DNA from: Azolla caroliniana
Lineage: Eukaryota; Plantae; Polypodiophyta
Assembly: GCA_043228905.1 (NCBI GenBank)
Contig: JBHGNT010000005.1
Coordinates: 23,312,001-23,376,000 of the forward strand
Direction: 5' to 3'
Length of the DNA stretch: 64,000 bases
The translations under genes and the position numbers were made by a program. Under the pieces are notes generated by a model. It ran no database searches, was not told where the DNA came from, and saw only the letters and a program-made list of their open reading frames with translations. Of this stretch, positions 61,309 through 64,000 are shown one piece after another. Numbering within the stretch: the first letter of the stretch is position 1; every line of letters starts with the position of its first letter.

Positions 61309-63300
61309 TGACAGGAACTGCACACTCCCTATGCGCAACGCTCGGCCACAACCGAGCATAGAATCATACACAGAAAACAGGAAATGAAACACACGACTCA
61401 AAGGCGAGAAGAGTACATAGGATGTTTAACGTGGAAAACCTTGAGAGGGAAAAAAAACCACGGGAGTCCACAGACTCCAAACTATCAGTATATAAGAATG
61501 TACAATGGTGGAGCACCGAGGCAACGACCTCGAGCTTGCTATCTTCGCCATAGTCGGCGATTACAACAGAGATACGAAACCTTCGTCTCTCTCTCTCTCT
61601 CACTCACTCTGTACACTGTTACGCGCTCTCTCTTCTTGCACCAACAAGAATGACAACAACTACAACAATAAGTTTGCCCTAAGTCATATTTATACTAATA
61701 TGACTTTTCGGCTATTTACAAATATAGCCACGATGGACTCTCAGAAACATATTTACGAATATGTCTCTTCATCCGATGAGCACTCCTCACCGGGTCTGCA
61801 CCATCCGGCTCTCCGTAGCCGGGTACTCCTCATCCGGTTCTCACCGGGCCTGCACCATCCGGCTCTCCATAGCCGGGTACTCCTCATCCGGTTCTCACCG
61901 GGTCTGCACCATCCGGCTCTCCATAGCCGGGTACTCCTCATCCGGTTTCGGCCTCGGCCGAGTTTGCTCATCAGCACTGTTCTTCTCCCTTCCCATCCGG
62001 AGGGACCTGTCTCCCAATAAACTCCCCCTTCACTCCGGCATGGGGTGTCTTACTAGTCCGATCCGCTTCCGGCATGCATCCAGCATGTTGGGTATCAGCA
62101 CTTTGGTCAGCATATCTGACTCGTTCTCGGCCGTGTGGATCTTCGTCAGCGCGAACTCCTGGTCATATACTCTTTCCCGGATCCAGTGAAATCTTCGCTA
62201 GATATGCTTCGTTCGGGAATGGTAGGCCGCATTCTTAGCAAGATGGATGGCACTTTGACTGTCGCAATAGAGCCGGTATTCATCTTGCCGAATACCGAGC
62301 TCTCCGATTAAGTCCTTCATCCATAATATTTCCTTGTCGGCTTCCACAGCCGCCATGTACTCCGCCTCCGTGGTTGACAACGCAACCGTCTTCTGCAGCC
62401 TCGACTGCCACGAAACAACTTCCCCTGCATATGTCATTATATACCCAGATGTAGACCGGCTGGTATCCACATCAGCCGACATGTCCGAATCGGTAAAACC
62501 GTCAAGTTGAGGTTTTCTGGAGCCGAATCGGAGACACGTATTTGAAGTGCCCTTCAAGTACCGGAGTATCCATTTTGACCACGTTCTAGTGCTCCTTGCC
62601 GGGATTGCTCATAAACCGGCTTACCACTTCGACTGCGTATCCTATATCCGGTTGGTTACACACCATTGCGTACATTAAGCTCCCGACGGCAGAGGCATAT
62701 GGAACCTTCATCATATCAGCCTTCTCTACTTTCGTCTTCGGGCTTTGCTTACCGGATAGCCTGCAGTTTGCCGGAAGTGTCGATCCGACCGGTTTCGCAT
62801 CTGACATGTTGAACCGCTGAAGCACCTTTGTCACGTATTTCTCCTGTGACAGCCACAGTTGCTTCATTGGCCGGTTCCGGATGATATGCATCCCCAACAT
62901 CTGTCTTGCCGGACCCAAGTCTTTCATTGAGAAGGTTTGGTTGAGAGCTTTCTTCAGCATCCGGATTCTGGCTTGGTCTCGTCCGACAATCAACATGTCG
63001 TCCACGTACAGAAGGAGTATCAGGAAGTCGCCTCCTTCGAACTTCTTCACAAACACGCAGTGATCGGCTTGCGTCTTGTGGTATCCTTGATCAGTCATGA
63101 AGGAGTCGAACTTCCGGTACCATTGTCAGGGAGCCTGCTTCAGTCCGTACAAGCTCTTCTTCAACCGGCAAACCAAGTGCTCCTTCCCTTTCTCCACAAA
63201 TCCTTCCGGTTGTTGCATGTAGATCTCCTCTTCGAGGTCACCATTTGCTCATCAGCATTATTCTTCTCCCTTCCCATCCGGAGGGACCTGTCTCCCAATA
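61309..63300 (-). mobile_element. Internally deleted Tnt1/Tork-like copia inserted in the LTR of element A
   Basis: 3' LTR 61309-62019; RT/RNase H about 62030-63243; only about 57 bp of the 5' LTR left; TSD ATTAT. The empty site is visible at 34301-34320. Confidence 0.93.
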
Positions 63301-63398
63301 ATTATGTACAAGTTATCAATTCACACGCCCACACATGGAAGGGCCGGTTCATGCACGATTTCTCTCGTTTCCTCCTAGGGACGGTTTTCTGCACGACA

Positions 63399-63957
63399 AC
63401 GGCTCGACTAATGGCCTCTGTTAAGTGTAAGCGACTTCAGACCTTCAGGGAAAGTAAGAAGAAGATCTTTGACATCATTTCTCAAACTTTGACAGAATTG
63501 ATCCATTAAGGCCGCCTCATCCCAAGGGATATCACATGTCAAGAGACGAAAATCAGTTGCGTAAGCCGACGCAGGACGATCTCCTTGTCGGAGCCTTCAA
63601 ATCTTGTTTATCGATGTCCTAGTGTTGTTAGTGTCTCCGAAACTAGCTTGAAACTCCTTAACAAATGCCTTGAAATCCTCCAGCAACGGCGATTTCTTCT
63701 CGAGAAGTGGTGCGAACAATGCTAACATTGTACCGCATAGCAAAGTTCCCACTAATCCCACACGAGCAGTGTCAGTTGGATACCGATTGGGATGTAGCTG
63801 AATAACTAGACAAACTTGATTCAAAAAACCTCGAAATAAAGACCTTGTACCATCAAACTTGGTGGGGAGGTTAATCTTTGGTTCTTTAAGGGAATTTTGA
63901 ACCCCTAACGCTTGTTCTCGTAATGATAATATAGTTGCCTCGAGTTGGTGAACCCGT
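63399..63957 (-). pseudogene. gag fragment of the second Tcn1-like element
   Basis: QLHPNRYPTDTARVGLVGTLL...FGDTNNTRTSINKI, homologous to 30187-30984. Confidence 0.85.
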
Positions 63958-64000
63958 TGTCGTGCCTTTCGGCTCCGGATCGTTGCGTGAGTCGGGTGGG
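63958..64000. repeat. Probable terminus of another gypsy LTR at the window edge
   Basis: TGTCGTG start, with an abrupt switch from gag to GC-rich sequence. Confidence 0.45.

Larger units (their letters stand above)
33822..63398 (-). mobile_element. Phygy-like gypsy element A, fragmented by four direct insertions
   Basis: 3' LTR remnant 33822-34408 with PPT; internal parts 41567-45684, 52597-52990 and 59643-60355; PBS 60351-60334; 5' LTR 60356-63398 interrupted by a copia. Confidence 0.85.

Overview
Eukaryotic, gene-free, repeat-saturated DNA. It is most consistent with moss (Physcomitrium-like) heterochromatin; the organism is inferred from the element lineages and not confirmed. No host gene, rRNA, intact tRNA or CRISPR is supportable. 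After about 2.6 kb of decayed AT-rich sequence, the window is almost entirely nested LTR retrotransposons of three kinds. (i) Tcn1/Tf1-like chromoviral Ty3/gypsy elements with a chromodomain and a self-priming PBS. (ii) A non-chromoviral Ty3/gypsy lineage (Phygy-like) with a tRNA-Trp PBS, FLDD RT and 4-bp TSDs. (iii) Ty1/copia families with a tRNA-iMet PBS and 5-bp TSDs. There is also one TIR-bounded DNA element (6187-9246) containing a 1.5-kb foldback. Nest 1: Tcn1-like 10631-31884 contains copia 13310-18816 and gypsy 18975-29283, which itself contains a young copia 23065-28208. Nest 2: a Tcn1-like element (31885-33821 plus 63399-63957) contains gypsy A 33822-63398. Gypsy A contains gypsy B 34429-41566, gypsy C 45685-52592, copia 52991-59642 (with solo LTR 55075-55900) and copia 61309-63300. 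Most notable signals: a -1 frameshift site with a covarying pseudoknot between protease and RT in four gypsy copies; CpG-centred NCGN target sites at every readable insertion end of that lineage; antisense tRNA-like Pol III A/B-box modules inside the LTRs of two gypsy lineages; a modular foldback element; and a cryptic ~170-codon extension after RNase H in one copia family. All coordinates were read by eye.
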